A DNA stretch of 35,972 nucleotides, taken from IMG/VR virus record IMGVR_UViG_3300042366_000722, positions 1-35,972 of that record. One strand, written 5' to 3'. A model generated the notes under the pieces. That model was not told the origin of the DNA and ran no database searches. It saw only the letters and a program-made list of their open reading frames with translations. The position numbers were made by a program, and so were the translations under genes. Positions within the stretch are counted from its first letter, which is position 1; each line of letters starts with the position of its first letter. Positions 1 to 8,942 of this stretch are shown here, piece after piece. This stretch comes from a virus. Taxonomy: Duplodnaviria > Caudoviricetes.

Positions 1-127
1 GCGCTTGATGGCGCAGTTCCACGGATGCGAGCGCAGCACCGCCTGGCGGGAGTTGTCCCACAGGTTAGAGCAGATCGTCGCCCGGTCGGAGTTCTCGGAG
101 AACGATGCGATGCTGGATTGCCCGAGC
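1..127. repeat. Terminal direct repeat, left copy (127 bp; circular assembly overlap)
   Basis: Bases 1-127 are identical to 35846-35972; the tail tubular A ORF continues across the junction. Confidence 0.95.
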
Positions 128-171
128 AGCAGGAGGGCGTTACTGCATACCTGAACTTCAGAGGTAGCCAT
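1..171 (-). CDS. Tail tubular protein A (T7 gp11-like), 5' part; continues at 35845..35450 on the circle (188 aa total)
   Basis: ATG at 171 gives MATSEVQVCSNALLLLGQSSIASFSE...LRSHPWNCAIKR, in frame with ORF 35450..35884; ICxxAL-like and HPWN motifs; lies between capsid genes and tubular B. Confidence 0.85.
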   Translation of the reverse strand, partial: MATSEVQVCSNALLLLGQSSIASFSENSDRATICSNLWDNSRQAVLRSHPWNCAIKR

Positions 172-184
172 GCGTCAGCCTTCC

Positions 185-225
185 AAAACGAAAAGGGGCC
201 GGCCACCCCCGAAAGGGCAGCCGGC
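185..225 (-). terminator. Rho-independent terminator after the capsid/decoration genes
   Basis: Minus strand GCCGGCTGCCC-loop-GGGTGGCCGGC followed by CCCTTTTCGTTTT; position analogous to the post-capsid terminator of T7-like phages. Confidence 0.6.
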
Positions 226-271
226 GAAACTGGCGGGCGGGGAGAAGGACCGCATCACCAGAGGAGGTTGC

Positions 272-781
272 TTAGGTGCCGTCCACGAAGCGGACTTTTG
301 CCGTGATGGTGCCGGCTGCGTCAGATGCCGCCGTCAAGGTGTAGCACACGTCGTACCAGATCTTCGGGTCAGCGGTGAGGCCGAGGGCTTCCCACAGGCG
401 GCGCTCGACATGAACGATGTCGAAAACCGCCGATTCGTGGGTGATGTCCACCGCACTCAGGGCGCCGGCATTCAGCACCAGAGCGGAGGCGAACAGGTCG
501 GCATCCACCACCGCGCCACCATCAGCCGCGGTCTTGTAGAGGCCCACATCAGCAATGGCCGTGGTGCCGTTGTCGTCGCTGTAGTGCAGGATTTGCGACA
601 CGCGGGCGCTGGACGGGATGCGGCAGATGCGATAGACCGAAGCGATGGAATCGCCGTTGACGGTTTCGACGGTGCCGACGCTCTCGCGCAGGCGGCCGGC
701 AGAGAGGTAGGCGCCAGTCAAATCGACCGGCGTTGCGTCGGCATTGGTAACAGCCGTGGACTTGGTGTTTACGACAGCCAT
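272..781 (-). CDS. Putative capsid decoration/cement protein
   Basis: 169 aa, beta-rich, directly downstream of major capsid, AGGAG RBS. Confidence 0.6.
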   Translation of the reverse strand: MAVVNTKSTAVTNADATPVDLTGAYLSAGRLRESVGTVETVNGDSIASVYRICRIPSSARVSQILHYSDDNGTTAIADVGLYKTAADGGAVVDADLFASALVLNAGALSAVDITHESAVFDIVHVERRLWEALGLTADPKIWYDVCYTLTAASDAAGTITAKVRFVDGT

Positions 782-804
782 GATTTATCTCCTTGGCTCA
801 GGGT

Positions 805-1668
805 TTAGTTACAGGCGATCTGCATGACTTTCGCGTCCTCGATGCGGACAGCGCCCAGCGACATGCAGGCATACGGCTGCATGGAGTAGGACTTGTCGGC
901 GCGCTCGGTGAGGCGGGTCGTGATCTCTTTGCCGATGCCCAGGGCAACACCGGACTTGGCCCAGGCGAGAACCAGATCGCTCGTGCCGTCGTTGGTGATG
1001 CGCTCGGTCGGCACCACGCCGAAGCCGAACAGCTTCTGTCCCTTGGGAATGTCGCCCGACATCATCGACAGAACGGTGTTGTACTGCGTGTCCGTCATCG
1101 TGGTATCGGTCAGCAAGTCCTCAAGCTGGTCAGACGAGTAGGCGATGTAGAGGTCTTCGCCGTTCTCGCCGTCGCATTCGTTCAGACGGAAGTTCTTGCG
1201 GGCGGTGATCAGCTTCGCCTTGGTCAGCACAGCGCCACCGTGCGCGATCTTCTGCGCAGCGGGCAGGGCCACCGTACCGGACGAGGAGCGGGCAGAGCCG
1301 TTCATCGCGGCAATGATCACATCGTCTTTGGAACGGTTCATGGCGGCAACACCGGCCTTGAGGTAGTCGCTGGCCGGATCGGCAAGCATCTTCTTCTTGT
1401 CCATGTCGTCGACCAGGTCCGCCCATTCGTAATCGTCAAGATCGACGTAGCGAGTGCTGTGCGGGGTTTCGATCAGCGGGGTATCGCCGTGGCGCGTGGT
1501 CTTGCGCTGGGCAGCGGTGGCGCCGATGCGGTTCATTTTCTTCGACTCGCCGACGATGCCGGATTCGACAACGACCTTCGATTCGAGGCGCGATTCCATC
1601 TGTTGCGACAGATGGTAGAAGTTCGCCGAGAACTGCGTGACGAACGCTTCGGTTACTTGGAATGACAT
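805..1668 (-). CDS. Major capsid protein
   Basis: 287 aa; FVTQFSAN..LSQQMESRL N-terminus, AAMNRSKDDVII and MSLGAVRIED C-terminus typical of podoviral HK97-fold capsids; follows scaffold. Confidence 0.85.
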   Translation of the reverse strand: MSFQVTEAFVTQFSANFYHLSQQMESRLESKVVVESGIVGESKKMNRIGATAAQRKTTRHGDTPLIETPHSTRYVDLDDYEWADLVDDMDKKKMLADPASDYLKAGVAAMNRSKDDVIIAAMNGSARSSSGTVALPAAQKIAHGGAVLTKAKLITARKNFRLNECDGENGEDLYIAYSSDQLEDLLTDTTMTDTQYNTVLSMMSGDIPKGQKLFGFGVVPTERITNDGTSDLVLAWAKSGVALGIGKEITTRLTERADKSYSMQPYACMSLGAVRIEDAKVMQIACN

Positions 1669-1943
1669 GATGAATCTCCCGAAAAGGAATAATTGAATGA
1701 ATCGTCTTTTCGGGTTGTTCGCTCATTTAGCCTTGCAGCCGAGCGGCCCTGGTGTGATGCGGTGCTACGGTTTGCGGGCTGCTGTGCAGTTGTTCCCGCT
1801 CTGTCTTGCTTCCCGGCTTGGCTGGCCTTGCGGTTGTTCAGCCGTGCCTTCGTGGGTGGGCTACTCGCTGCACGATCCAGCTATTCGGCTTGCGCCTCCG
1901 GCTGATCCGGCTTTATCAGAGCCGCGCAACTTTCGCCCATTGA
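1669..1943 (-). ncRNA. Candidate structured cis-regulatory RNA leader of the major capsid gene
   Basis: 275-bp gap without a credible ORF; several hairpins with GCAA loops, three GAACAAC copies in internal loops, 9-bp inverted repeat overlapping the SD. Confidence 0.5.
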
Positions 1944-2843
1944 TCATGCCGCCTTGCGCTGTTTCTGCTTGGCCTGCGCTTCGTGGTGGGCGCGAACCTT
2001 GGCTTTTACCTGTTCGTGCTTCGGATGGCTCTTGTCCCAATACGGCGAACCCTTCGCCATCAGTTCATCAAGGCTTTCAGCGGCCAGCACCGAATCACCG
2101 CCGACGCCGGGGTCTTCCTGCATTTCGCGTCCGACCTTGGCGAGAATCTTGATCACCGCCGGCATGTTGCCGATGCGGTTGATCTCCTTCGCGTCCGCCT
2201 CGTCGGCGTAGGCGTTGAACGCCTTGAACGCCAGCTTGACGTTCTCCGTGGTCTTCTCGGGCGTACCGTAGTAATCCTTCAGCGCCGCCTCGGCCTTGCC
2301 CTTGCCGAAGTTCATCATCTGATCAGCCAGCGCGGGAATCTGCGAGGCGTACTCGGTCATCACCGCTTGATACTGCTTCTGCGTCAGGCCGAGTTCGTGC
2401 GCCTTACCCTTGAACTTGGCGGTCAGGTCAGGGTCCGGCTCGAAGGCTTCCATGCCAGCAGGCGGCTCGAACTGGTATTCCGTCGCTTCCTTGGGCGGCA
2501 GGCCGGTATCTTTCATGCGCTGCTCAAGCCCGGTGTAGGACTTCGCCCAGGCTTCGTGATTAATCTCTCCCTTGCCGGCGTCCCAGAACTTGGCGGGAAC
2601 GTGCGCAGGGCGGCGGGCATCGGTCTCGCTGGCCTTGAGCGCCGCCTGTTCTGCGGTCTGCGGAGCGGGGTTCTGTTCATCAGTAACCGGAGCGGCAGCG
2701 GCAACAGCCGGGTCTTCCGACTTGCCGAGCGATTCGAGGATGCTGGTCTCAGTCTCGACCGTACCACTACCAGTGCCGCCTTCGGTGCCGTCAGTTGCTG
2801 CGTCCATCAGGGTGAATCTGCGCATCAGGCGTTGAATCAACAT
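1944..2843 (-). CDS. Capsid assembly scaffolding protein
   Basis: 299 aa; acidic/Ala-rich N-terminus, PAKFWD, AHELGLTQKQYQ and PYWDKSHPKH motifs; immediately upstream of capsid. Confidence 0.75.
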   Translation of the reverse strand: MLIQRLMRRFTLMDAATDGTEGGTGSGTVETETSILESLGKSEDPAVAAAAPVTDEQNPAPQTAEQAALKASETDARRPAHVPAKFWDAGKGEINHEAWAKSYTGLEQRMKDTGLPPKEATEYQFEPPAGMEAFEPDPDLTAKFKGKAHELGLTQKQYQAVMTEYASQIPALADQMMNFGKGKAEAALKDYYGTPEKTTENVKLAFKAFNAYADEADAKEINRIGNMPAVIKILAKVGREMQEDPGVGGDSVLAAESLDELMAKGSPYWDKSHPKHEQVKAKVRAHHEAQAKQKQRKAA

Positions 2844-2855
2844 TCTCGTTTCTCC

Positions 2856-3083
2856 TTAAAGTATCGGCGGGAACTTGGGCGTCCCGCTCTCGACTGAAAC
2901 AACGGCGTCCAGAATGAACCGGATCACTGACCGCTGACCTTCGTGGTACGCGGTCAGATCGCGCTGGCCAGGCACGAATGAAGCCTTGGCATCAAACCGG
3001 GCGATCAGGTCATCAAGCACCGCCGAACCTTCGTGATGCCCGACAAGCGCCGCGTAGTAGGTTTCCGGCGTGACCTGGCTCAT
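2856..3083 (-). CDS. Small head-module protein (Bbp19-like)
   Basis: 75 aa; G..VLDDL..F....F......TAYHEGQRSVI..I pattern, position before scaffold. Confidence 0.6.
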   Translation of the reverse strand: MSQVTPETYYAALVGHHEGSAVLDDLIARFDAKASFVPGQRDLTAYHEGQRSVIRFILDAVVSVESGTPKFPPIL

Positions 3084-3517
3084 GCTGTCGCACCTTCCAT
3101 GATCTGGCGGCGATACGGGTCTTTCTGCTCATCCTTGACCACGGCATACAGGCAGCGGATCAATTCATCGAGCCGCAGAAACCACGAGTCGTAGACATTC
3201 CCGTTTAACTCCACCCGGCACCAATGGCCGAAGCGTTGATGCGGATCGGGGCCGGGGTACAGATCAGCCCCACCACCGACGATGCGAGCGCCCGCCAATG
3301 CCGGAAAGTCCGTGACCTTCGGCACAACACGCAGCGACAGCATCTTCCCGGTGAGCTTGAGATTTACCATTTCGACAGCGTGTATCAAATCGGGGAGGGA
3401 GTCATACGCTAAAGCGAATATCCGCCCATTGCCCGCGACAAGCTGCCCCTTGCTCTGGCCCAACTCGATGCGGTCGATGACGCGAAGGTCGGCGATCTGT
3501 TCGGCGGTCAGCATCAT
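3080..3517 (-). CDS. Hypothetical protein
   Basis: 145 aa ORF with ATGA overlaps at both ends. Confidence 0.6.
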   Translation of the reverse strand: MMLTAEQIADLRVIDRIELGQSKGQLVAGNGRIFALAYDSLPDLIHAVEMVNLKLTGKMLSLRVVPKVTDFPALAGARIVGGGADLYPGPDPHQRFGHWCRVELNGNVYDSWFLRLDELIRCLYAVVKDEQKDPYRRQIMEGATA

Positions 3518-3795
3518 GCGGCCTTCGGGAGCACGGCGTACAGCGCCAGCAAGGCGAGTTCTTCATCCTCGCGCGCCTTCTTCTTCGCCGCGGCGAGGTC
3601 GCCGATGATCTTTTGCAAAAACCGGCGCCTGGCTGCAATCTCGAACGGCGTCAGGTGCAGCGAGGAGTAGTCGACGGCGAAGGCGCGGGAAATGTCGCCC
3701 GAATCGACAGCGGCACCCTCTGCGGCATCCACGGCATAGACGCCCCATGAGTCGCCCCAGGCCGGGCCGAATGAAGCGCCCCATGTGGAACTCAT
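3514..3795 (-). CDS. Hypothetical protein (WG-repeat N-terminus)
   Basis: ATG 3795 overlaps upstream stop; MSSTWGASFGPAWGDSWG; 93 aa. Confidence 0.6.
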   Translation of the reverse strand: MSSTWGASFGPAWGDSWGVYAVDAAEGAAVDSGDISRAFAVDYSSLHLTPFEIAARRRFLQKIIGDLAAAKKKAREDEELALLALYAVLPKAA

Positions 3796-4292
3796 GCCGG
3801 CCCCCATTCGGTGCCGGTTTGCCCGTCGCCGGTCACAGTGATGTCGTTGACCTGCTTGATGTTGGCAGCGATGGGCGCAGCAGTTGCCGCCGCAAGCACT
3901 GCCGCAGCATTCTCAATGTCTGTCGGAACGAGCGCGATAGCGGCGCCGTTCGCCGAAATCCCCGCATTATCCGGGGCCGTGTAACTGGCAGTCGGCAGGA
4001 CATCATCCACTGAGCGCGCCTCGACCAGCAGAACCATGTCGGCAGGGTCTGCGGCCGCGCCGGTGATGTGCAGCGCCAGATCGCCAAGCGTGTCGGTGTG
4101 CGATGCGGTCAGCGCCAGCGCATACCATCCATTCCCGCGCTCGGTTACGGTCGGCGTGATCGAAGCGAACGCCGCGCCGTCCTTGCTGGCGGTGATCGTC
4201 AGCGTCAGCCCCGTCTTGCCCGTCACATGATCGGTTGAGTCGACCATCAGCACCATGACGTTCTTGGAGGTGGATTGCTTGGCTTTACGCAT
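3792..4292 (-). CDS. Putative virion structural protein
   Basis: 166 aa, Thr/Ala-rich beta domain (TGLTLTITASKDGAAF...TERGNGWYAL), C-terminal ANIKQVND..VTGDG...WGP. Confidence 0.55.
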   Translation of the reverse strand: MRKAKQSTSKNVMVLMVDSTDHVTGKTGLTLTITASKDGAAFASITPTVTERGNGWYALALTASHTDTLGDLALHITGAAADPADMVLLVEARSVDDVLPTASYTAPDNAGISANGAAIALVPTDIENAAAVLAAATAAPIAANIKQVNDITVTGDGQTGTEWGPA

Positions 4293-5184
4293 TTGCCACT
4301 CTCGACCGGCTCATGCCGCTGCTCGCACCTGGACTGATCGGGATAGTCGGATCTCGCAGATAGATCGTTGTCGCCGCCACAGGCGTCACGTTGTTCTTCG
4401 TGATCCCGGCAAGGTCAGGGCTTCCCGGCTTGTACGCGGTCAGTTGATAGTCGATGTTTCGCAGCAGCATGGAGAAGTTCCCGCTACCGTCTGAGGTTGT
4501 CTCGGCGATGATTACCGGAGCGTTCCCCGCATACTGCCAGCCGGTTTGGTAAGCGATGACGCGGCAGTTGCCGAGGGCTGCGCCGGCCCCGTCCGTCGTC
4601 GTTCCTGTGAGGGTGAAAACCTGATAACTCTGCTGTGTTTCGTAAATCTTCAGGCCGAAGGTTTCGGGCAGGGTCGCGGCAGTCAGGACTTTCAGCAACC
4701 CGCTGTCTTTCACCTCACGTCGCGGATTCAGCAACGGCATCGGGTCAGCCATTGGAACCGCAGTCAGCACACGATCGAACGCGGGAGCTTGCTGCGAGGA
4801 CATCATCACGTCTAGCCCGTACAGTTCGCCGTTCGAGTCCTGCGAAACCTGTGAGTAAAGGGCAGCAATCGCCGGGTCAATCTGCTTCGGCGGAACAGGC
4901 TGCTTGCCAATCGGGATCATGCCGACAATCCCGCCTTGAATCGCCATAGGGCCAATCTGCGAGGCTTGCGCGAAGTCAGGAAACCAGCCAATCATCGCTC
5001 TTGGTACGGGGATTTCCGGCATCTTTGAAGTCTTCCACTCGCCCATCAAGCAACGCTCGCCCTGCCAATTCACGCCGTAGTCCTGCCACGGCTCGAAGGA
5101 CAGGCCGAGCGGAGTATCCCCGATGGTCAGGTTTTGAATCACCTGATCAGAAGGTTCTGGCAGAGTTGGCCGGAGGATTCTCAT
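4285..5184 (-). CDS. Putative virion protein with C-terminal Ig/transthyretin-like beta-sandwich
   Basis: 299 aa; C-terminus FTLTGTTTDGAGAALGNCRVIAY...AETTSDGSGNFS. Confidence 0.5.
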   Translation of the reverse strand: MRILRPTLPEPSDQVIQNLTIGDTPLGLSFEPWQDYGVNWQGERCLMGEWKTSKMPEIPVPRAMIGWFPDFAQASQIGPMAIQGGIVGMIPIGKQPVPPKQIDPAIAALYSQVSQDSNGELYGLDVMMSSQQAPAFDRVLTAVPMADPMPLLNPRREVKDSGLLKVLTAATLPETFGLKIYETQQSYQVFTLTGTTTDGAGAALGNCRVIAYQTGWQYAGNAPVIIAETTSDGSGNFSMLLRNIDYQLTAYKPGSPDLAGITKNNVTPVAATTIYLRDPTIPISPGASSGMSRSRVANA

Positions 5185-5330
5185 TCTGTCGGCGGCGGCT
5201 GCACGTCGTCAGGCGCGAATGGACTGTTCCCCTCCTCAAGCCATGCGAGGAAGTCGGGGTCGTCGAGCGGGACTTGCACCCAATCGGAGCAGCGCATAAC
5301 GACATCGGCAGAGAGTTGCTTATATTTCAC
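5181..5330 (-). CDS. Small protein resembling fibre-assembly chaperones
   Basis: GTG 5330 overlaps upstream TGA; 49 aa with VPLDDPDFLAWLEEGNSP motif. Confidence 0.5.
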   Translation of the reverse strand: MKYKQLSADVVMRCSDWVQVPLDDPDFLAWLEEGNSPFAPDDVQPPPTE

Positions 5331-5878
5331 GGGGTGAGCTGCTCGATGAGGAATTGGTGCATGGTCATGGAACCAGTCGCAGCTGTCTGCGTCCAGCGGA
5401 AGTCGAGTGCATTGGCAATGGTCGAGTCGAAGCCTGTGCCAACAACTGGAGCCGTATTGAACGGGACCAAGCAACCGCCGGGGCCAGGACCCGTCGCGGG
5501 AAGCGCGGTCAGGATGTTGGCTTCGGACAGCCAGTAACCTTGCCCGAACAGGGTTGCACTGACACCTGTACCCACCGAGCGGCAGGTCAACAGTACTTCC
5601 AGTCGCCACGAAACGTTCGTCTTAGCAACGATGTTCAGCGGGATTGCCAGCGTATCGAAAGCCGTTACCGCGCCCAGGCGCAGATCAAAACGTGCCGTCC
5701 CTGGAGTCGTAACCACAGTCGAGATGCGCCCCGACGCAGTCAACCGCCACTGCCGCCCGATCTGCCAGTAGCCCGCCGGAATCGACGTAGGAACATAAGT
5801 CGGCAGGCACGATGCCGCAGCCGCCGCTGTGAGTGTCGGGCCGTCGGTGTAGGAACTTGCGATTACTTGTACGGCCAT
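5327..5878 (-). CDS. Putative virion/fibre-like beta protein
   Basis: 183 aa, Thr/Gly-rich beta strands, AAGGAG RBS. Confidence 0.55.
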   Translation of the reverse strand: MAVQVIASSYTDGPTLTAAAAASCLPTYVPTSIPAGYWQIGRQWRLTASGRISTVVTTPGTARFDLRLGAVTAFDTLAIPLNIVAKTNVSWRLEVLLTCRSVGTGVSATLFGQGYWLSEANILTALPATGPGPGGCLVPFNTAPVVGTGFDSTIANALDFRWTQTAATGSMTMHQFLIEQLTP

Positions 5879-5881
5879 GAT

Positions 5882-6058
5882 TTACTCCTTGGTTTCAGCG
5901 CGCCACTCGGCGCACCAGTTGTCGGGCTTGCTTGCCGGGAATATGCCAACTACGCCGCTTTGCCCATTTGGGCCTTGCAACATCACCGGCTGCGGTGCGT
6001 GAGCGCGGCATTCCTTCGCTAGTGCCGAATACGCGGCGCAGGTTTCGCAGGTTTTCAT
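5882..6058 (-). CDS. Small Cys-rich (metal-binding) hypothetical protein
   Basis: Not in ORF track; ATG overlaps portal stop; MKTCETCAAY...ECRAHAP...FP....NWCAEW, 58 aa. Confidence 0.65.
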   Translation of the reverse strand: MKTCETCAAYSALAKECRAHAPQPVMLQGPNGQSGVVGIFPASKPDNWCAEWRAETKE

Positions 6059-7674
6059 GCTGGCTTCGCCAGCCCTGAAATGTTGCCCTTGGCGTCTCGG
6101 ACGACCGAGGCCATCATCTGCTGCTGCTGTTGCGCCTGCTGTTGCTGCGCGCGCTGGCCGCGGGCTTCTTCGACATCAGCTGCATCGACCATCAATTCAG
6201 CCGGCACGCCAAGCAACTCTGAACGCTTGCGCGTGGCCTTGTCCCATGCGTAGTTGTCGAGCAGTTCCATCTTTCCGGTGCCGGCTGCCTCTTGCACCAG
6301 CGCTGCCTCGAAGCGATCCATCGCGGCCACATCGACGGCCTTCTGGCTGCGCGCAATCGGGCTGCGGTACTGGACGCGGAAGGATTTCCCGGCCAAGTCC
6401 TGCGGCGGATTGCCGAAGGCACCATCGCGGAACATCAGGCCGAAGACCCGATCCACCATCGGCTGCATGTACTCCGACTGCATCCGGCCATACATCGGGC
6501 CAAGCTGCTGCCGGATCAGTTCCACGTTGATGGTGGCTTCCGTCGCGGTGATCGCCGGGCCATCCTTCGGCGTCAGTTGGTCAGCCATCAACACCTTGCG
6601 GATGGATCGTTGCAGGCGGTCGATCTCCAATACGGCAATGTCGAACTTGCTGGCCGGCTGGAGCGCCTTCATCGAATCGACCGAGTTCGCCACGATCACC
6701 TTGCGCGGGCCGATCCGGATGGTCTTGGGATTCAGCACCCCATCGTCCTCGGCGATCCACATGCCGGCGATGGCCATGTCCGCATTGGCGAGGACGTAGC
6801 GAACCACCTCGTTCAGCGTCTTGGCATCCGGCAGGGCATCGTGCATCGGGCCGAGGGCATAGACCGAATCAGGGAGAACGCCCCAGCGCGGAACGACAAC
6901 CGGCATTTCGTGGAAGCCCGACTCACGCAGGACGGTCTTGCTGTCCTTCTCGAAGTGGCAGGAGGCAATCGGCATGTTCTTCGCCTGGTTGCCCTTGCCA
7001 TCTTTGCGCGGATACACCGCCCACACCATCGAGATAGACTCGTCGGGCTTGCTCGTTGCCAGCTCGCGGGTCTTATCGCTGACCATGTTCGGGCCATACT
7101 CGGCGACGGCTTGTTCGGCAGACAGCACGAATTCACGGAACACCGTGTCAATCCCGCCGCCGCGCGTTGATGCGCCGAAGTAGCAGGACGCCAGCGGCCA
7201 TTGCTCGAACTGCAAGCCTTCCTCGTTCTCGGTGATGTAGAGCGCGAACATGCCGGCGATGCTCATGTCCAGGCAGCAATCGAAGCCCACAGCATCGAAG
7301 TTCGAGGCGTGGATGTTCTCCCACATCGACTCGGCTACCTCGTCAAGCCACTTGCGGCTGGCGTCCTCGTCATCCTCGCTGGTCGTGCCAGCATCCAGAC
7401 CGAACCAGCGGGAGTTCGCCGGGGTCAGGCCGGACATCAATGCAGATGCGTGGATGCGTATCCCATCCGTTGCGGTGCTGTCGAGTAGTTCGGCCTTCTT
7501 GCTCGCGCCTTCCGAAAGATTCCCGTCCGATCCTCCGGCGCCATTGGTCGCCAGCAGCGCCCCGCGCATCGGCATCGAGAAGTTGTAGCACTTCAGCCAC
7601 TCCTGCTCGACCACGGTACGCTTTGACTTCAGCGCCCCGAGGCGACGCAGCAGGGCGGGAACGTCAGCGGCCAC
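6055..7674 (-). CDS. Portal protein (head-tail connector, T7 gp8/Bbp21-like)
   Basis: 539 aa; LDSTA, SGLTPANSRWF, RESGFHEMP..VPRW....VY..GP, TATE motifs; Gln-rich tail. Confidence 0.92.
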   Translation of the reverse strand: MAADVPALLRRLGALKSKRTVVEQEWLKCYNFSMPMRGALLATNGAGGSDGNLSEGASKKAELLDSTATDGIRIHASALMSGLTPANSRWFGLDAGTTSEDDEDASRKWLDEVAESMWENIHASNFDAVGFDCCLDMSIAGMFALYITENEEGLQFEQWPLASCYFGASTRGGGIDTVFREFVLSAEQAVAEYGPNMVSDKTRELATSKPDESISMVWAVYPRKDGKGNQAKNMPIASCHFEKDSKTVLRESGFHEMPVVVPRWGVLPDSVYALGPMHDALPDAKTLNEVVRYVLANADMAIAGMWIAEDDGVLNPKTIRIGPRKVIVANSVDSMKALQPASKFDIAVLEIDRLQRSIRKVLMADQLTPKDGPAITATEATINVELIRQQLGPMYGRMQSEYMQPMVDRVFGLMFRDGAFGNPPQDLAGKSFRVQYRSPIARSQKAVDVAAMDRFEAALVQEAAGTGKMELLDNYAWDKATRKRSELLGVPAELMVDAADVEEARGQRAQQQQAQQQQQMMASVVRDAKGNISGLAKPA

Positions 7675-7676
7675 GG

Positions 7677-7916
7677 CTACGCCCCAAGGGTCGGCTTGGA
7701 TTGGGCGGAAGGCAGCCCGGTGACCGGACTGGACAGATCACCACCGCCACCAGTCGCCAGAAGCGACGAGGCCCGCGCCATGCGGCGGCGCTGCGTCTTG
7801 ACTTGGGCAGACTTTCCAGCAGCATCAGAGTCAGCTTTGGCCTGATCGGCAACCGGCGAGGACTGGACAACGGGAGGCGGCTTTTCACCACCGCCGAAAA
7901 GGGAATCAAGGCACAT
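7677..7916 (-). CDS. Small virion protein preceding portal
   Basis: MCLDSLFGGG..PPPV...TLGA, typical of the short pre-portal protein of podoviruses. Confidence 0.6.
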   Translation of the reverse strand: MCLDSLFGGGEKPPPVVQSSPVADQAKADSDAAGKSAQVKTQRRRMARASSLLATGGGGDLSSPVTGLPSAQSKPTLGA

Positions 7917-7918
7917 GG

Positions 7919-8254
7919 TCAATGGCTCCTTACAACGGGCTTGCGGTGGGAGTCGTTCGGCAGCTCAGGAGGACATACCCACCCCTGCTCGGTCAAGACT
8001 GAACGGGTAAGCGTGCCGGCCTTGAATGCAGCCATCGCCTCGTCGTAGCTCATTCCGGGCTTGGCGTTGATGCCCACGCCAGGCTCACGCAGCGGATCAT
8101 CAACCGTGGGAGCCGGAGGGGCGTCCCGGTGTTTCTTCACCCGGTGAGTGCCACCTCGCGCGGCAGCTTCGAGGGCCGCATCAACGCTGTGTGACGTGTC
8201 GGCGGTCTCGCCGGGGACTTGAACGGCTTCGGTGCGAGGCATGGGGCGCTCCAT
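7919..8254 (-). CDS. Hypothetical protein, first gene of the late operon (may start at 8242)
   Basis: 111 aa; VLTEQGWVCP C-terminal motif; coupled to next gene. Confidence 0.6.
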   Translation of the reverse strand: MERPMPRTEAVQVPGETADTSHSVDAALEAAARGGTHRVKKHRDAPPAPTVDDPLREPGVGINAKPGMSYDEAMAAFKAGTLTRSVLTEQGWVCPPELPNDSHRKPVVRSH

Positions 8255-8270
8255 CGGTTGCGATGGATGC

Positions 8271-8317
8271 CGTTTTACCCGTCAGCCTGTTGCGGTTGAT
8301 TCGCTATTGCGTATTTC
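8271..8317 (-). promoter_or_regulatory. Putative late promoter/activator site, copy 1
   Basis: Minus strand GAAATACGCAATAGCGAATCA-18 nt-GTAAAACG; repeated with the same spacing at 23305-23351. Confidence 0.6.
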
Positions 8318-8605
8318 CGCACTCGCTTGGCAGACAGTGGCATGCAGGATCACCAGCGACCGCCCCGATTCAAACCCCGGCTCGCTGCCATCCTTCCATC
8401 GCGCCAGCGTCCCAGGCGGAACATTCAAGGCCCGCGCAACATCAGCATTGCTCCACCCAAAACCCTGAAGATCGCAAAGCAGGCGAAACCAATCGACCGG
8501 ATCAGGCCGACGAATCAGCCAAGGGGATTGGTAACGCGCCCGCGCACGCGATAGATCAAGAGTCGGGCGCTTCATCCCCCGCTCACCGATGCGCTGGTCG
8601 GTCAT
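8282..8605 (-). CDS. HTH DNA-binding protein, candidate late-gene regulator
   Basis: GWSNADVARALNVPPGTLARWKDGSEP HTH; start uncertain (8605 or 8575). Confidence 0.65.
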   Translation of the reverse strand: MTDQRIGERGMKRPTLDLSRARARYQSPWLIRRPDPVDWFRLLCDLQGFGWSNADVARALNVPPGTLARWKDGSEPGFESGRSLVILHATVCQASAEIRNSESTATG

Positions 8606-8694
8606 CGATTTATCTTCCACGGACTGAGTGGATGCCACCACACCAACTCGCCGAAGCGGTATCGCCAGACCCATACCTGACGGGATAGCCATCG

Positions 8695-8848
8695 GTCCAA
8701 GCGAAACCACCCAAAGACACTCGGTCCAGAAACGGGTCCCCCCCTAAAGGGGGGGAACCCTGATTTTGGACCATCGTTTGGACTGTCCAAAAAGTACAAA
8801 TTGGACTGTTTTGGACTTTTGGACTGCTCAATTTGGACCGTTTTGGAC
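8695..8848. repeat. Iteron-like TTGGAC repeats and C7-TAAA-G7 hairpin; putative replication origin
   Basis: Seven direct TTGGAC copies 8766-8848, inverted copies at 8695 and 8785, palindrome 8738-8755, AT-richer tract just downstream of primase-helicase. Confidence 0.65.
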
Positions 8849-8942
8849 CAATAACGCGACGCCATGATTACCGGGTCAGCCGGCACGAAAATCATGGAAT
8901 GCAGACGCCGGATCAGCCGGCACGAAGTCTGCAAAATGTCGA

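Noticed and set aside
8761-8850. CRISPR array
   Set aside because: Repeats are 6-8 bp with irregular short gaps, there are no spacers of CRISPR size and no cas genes
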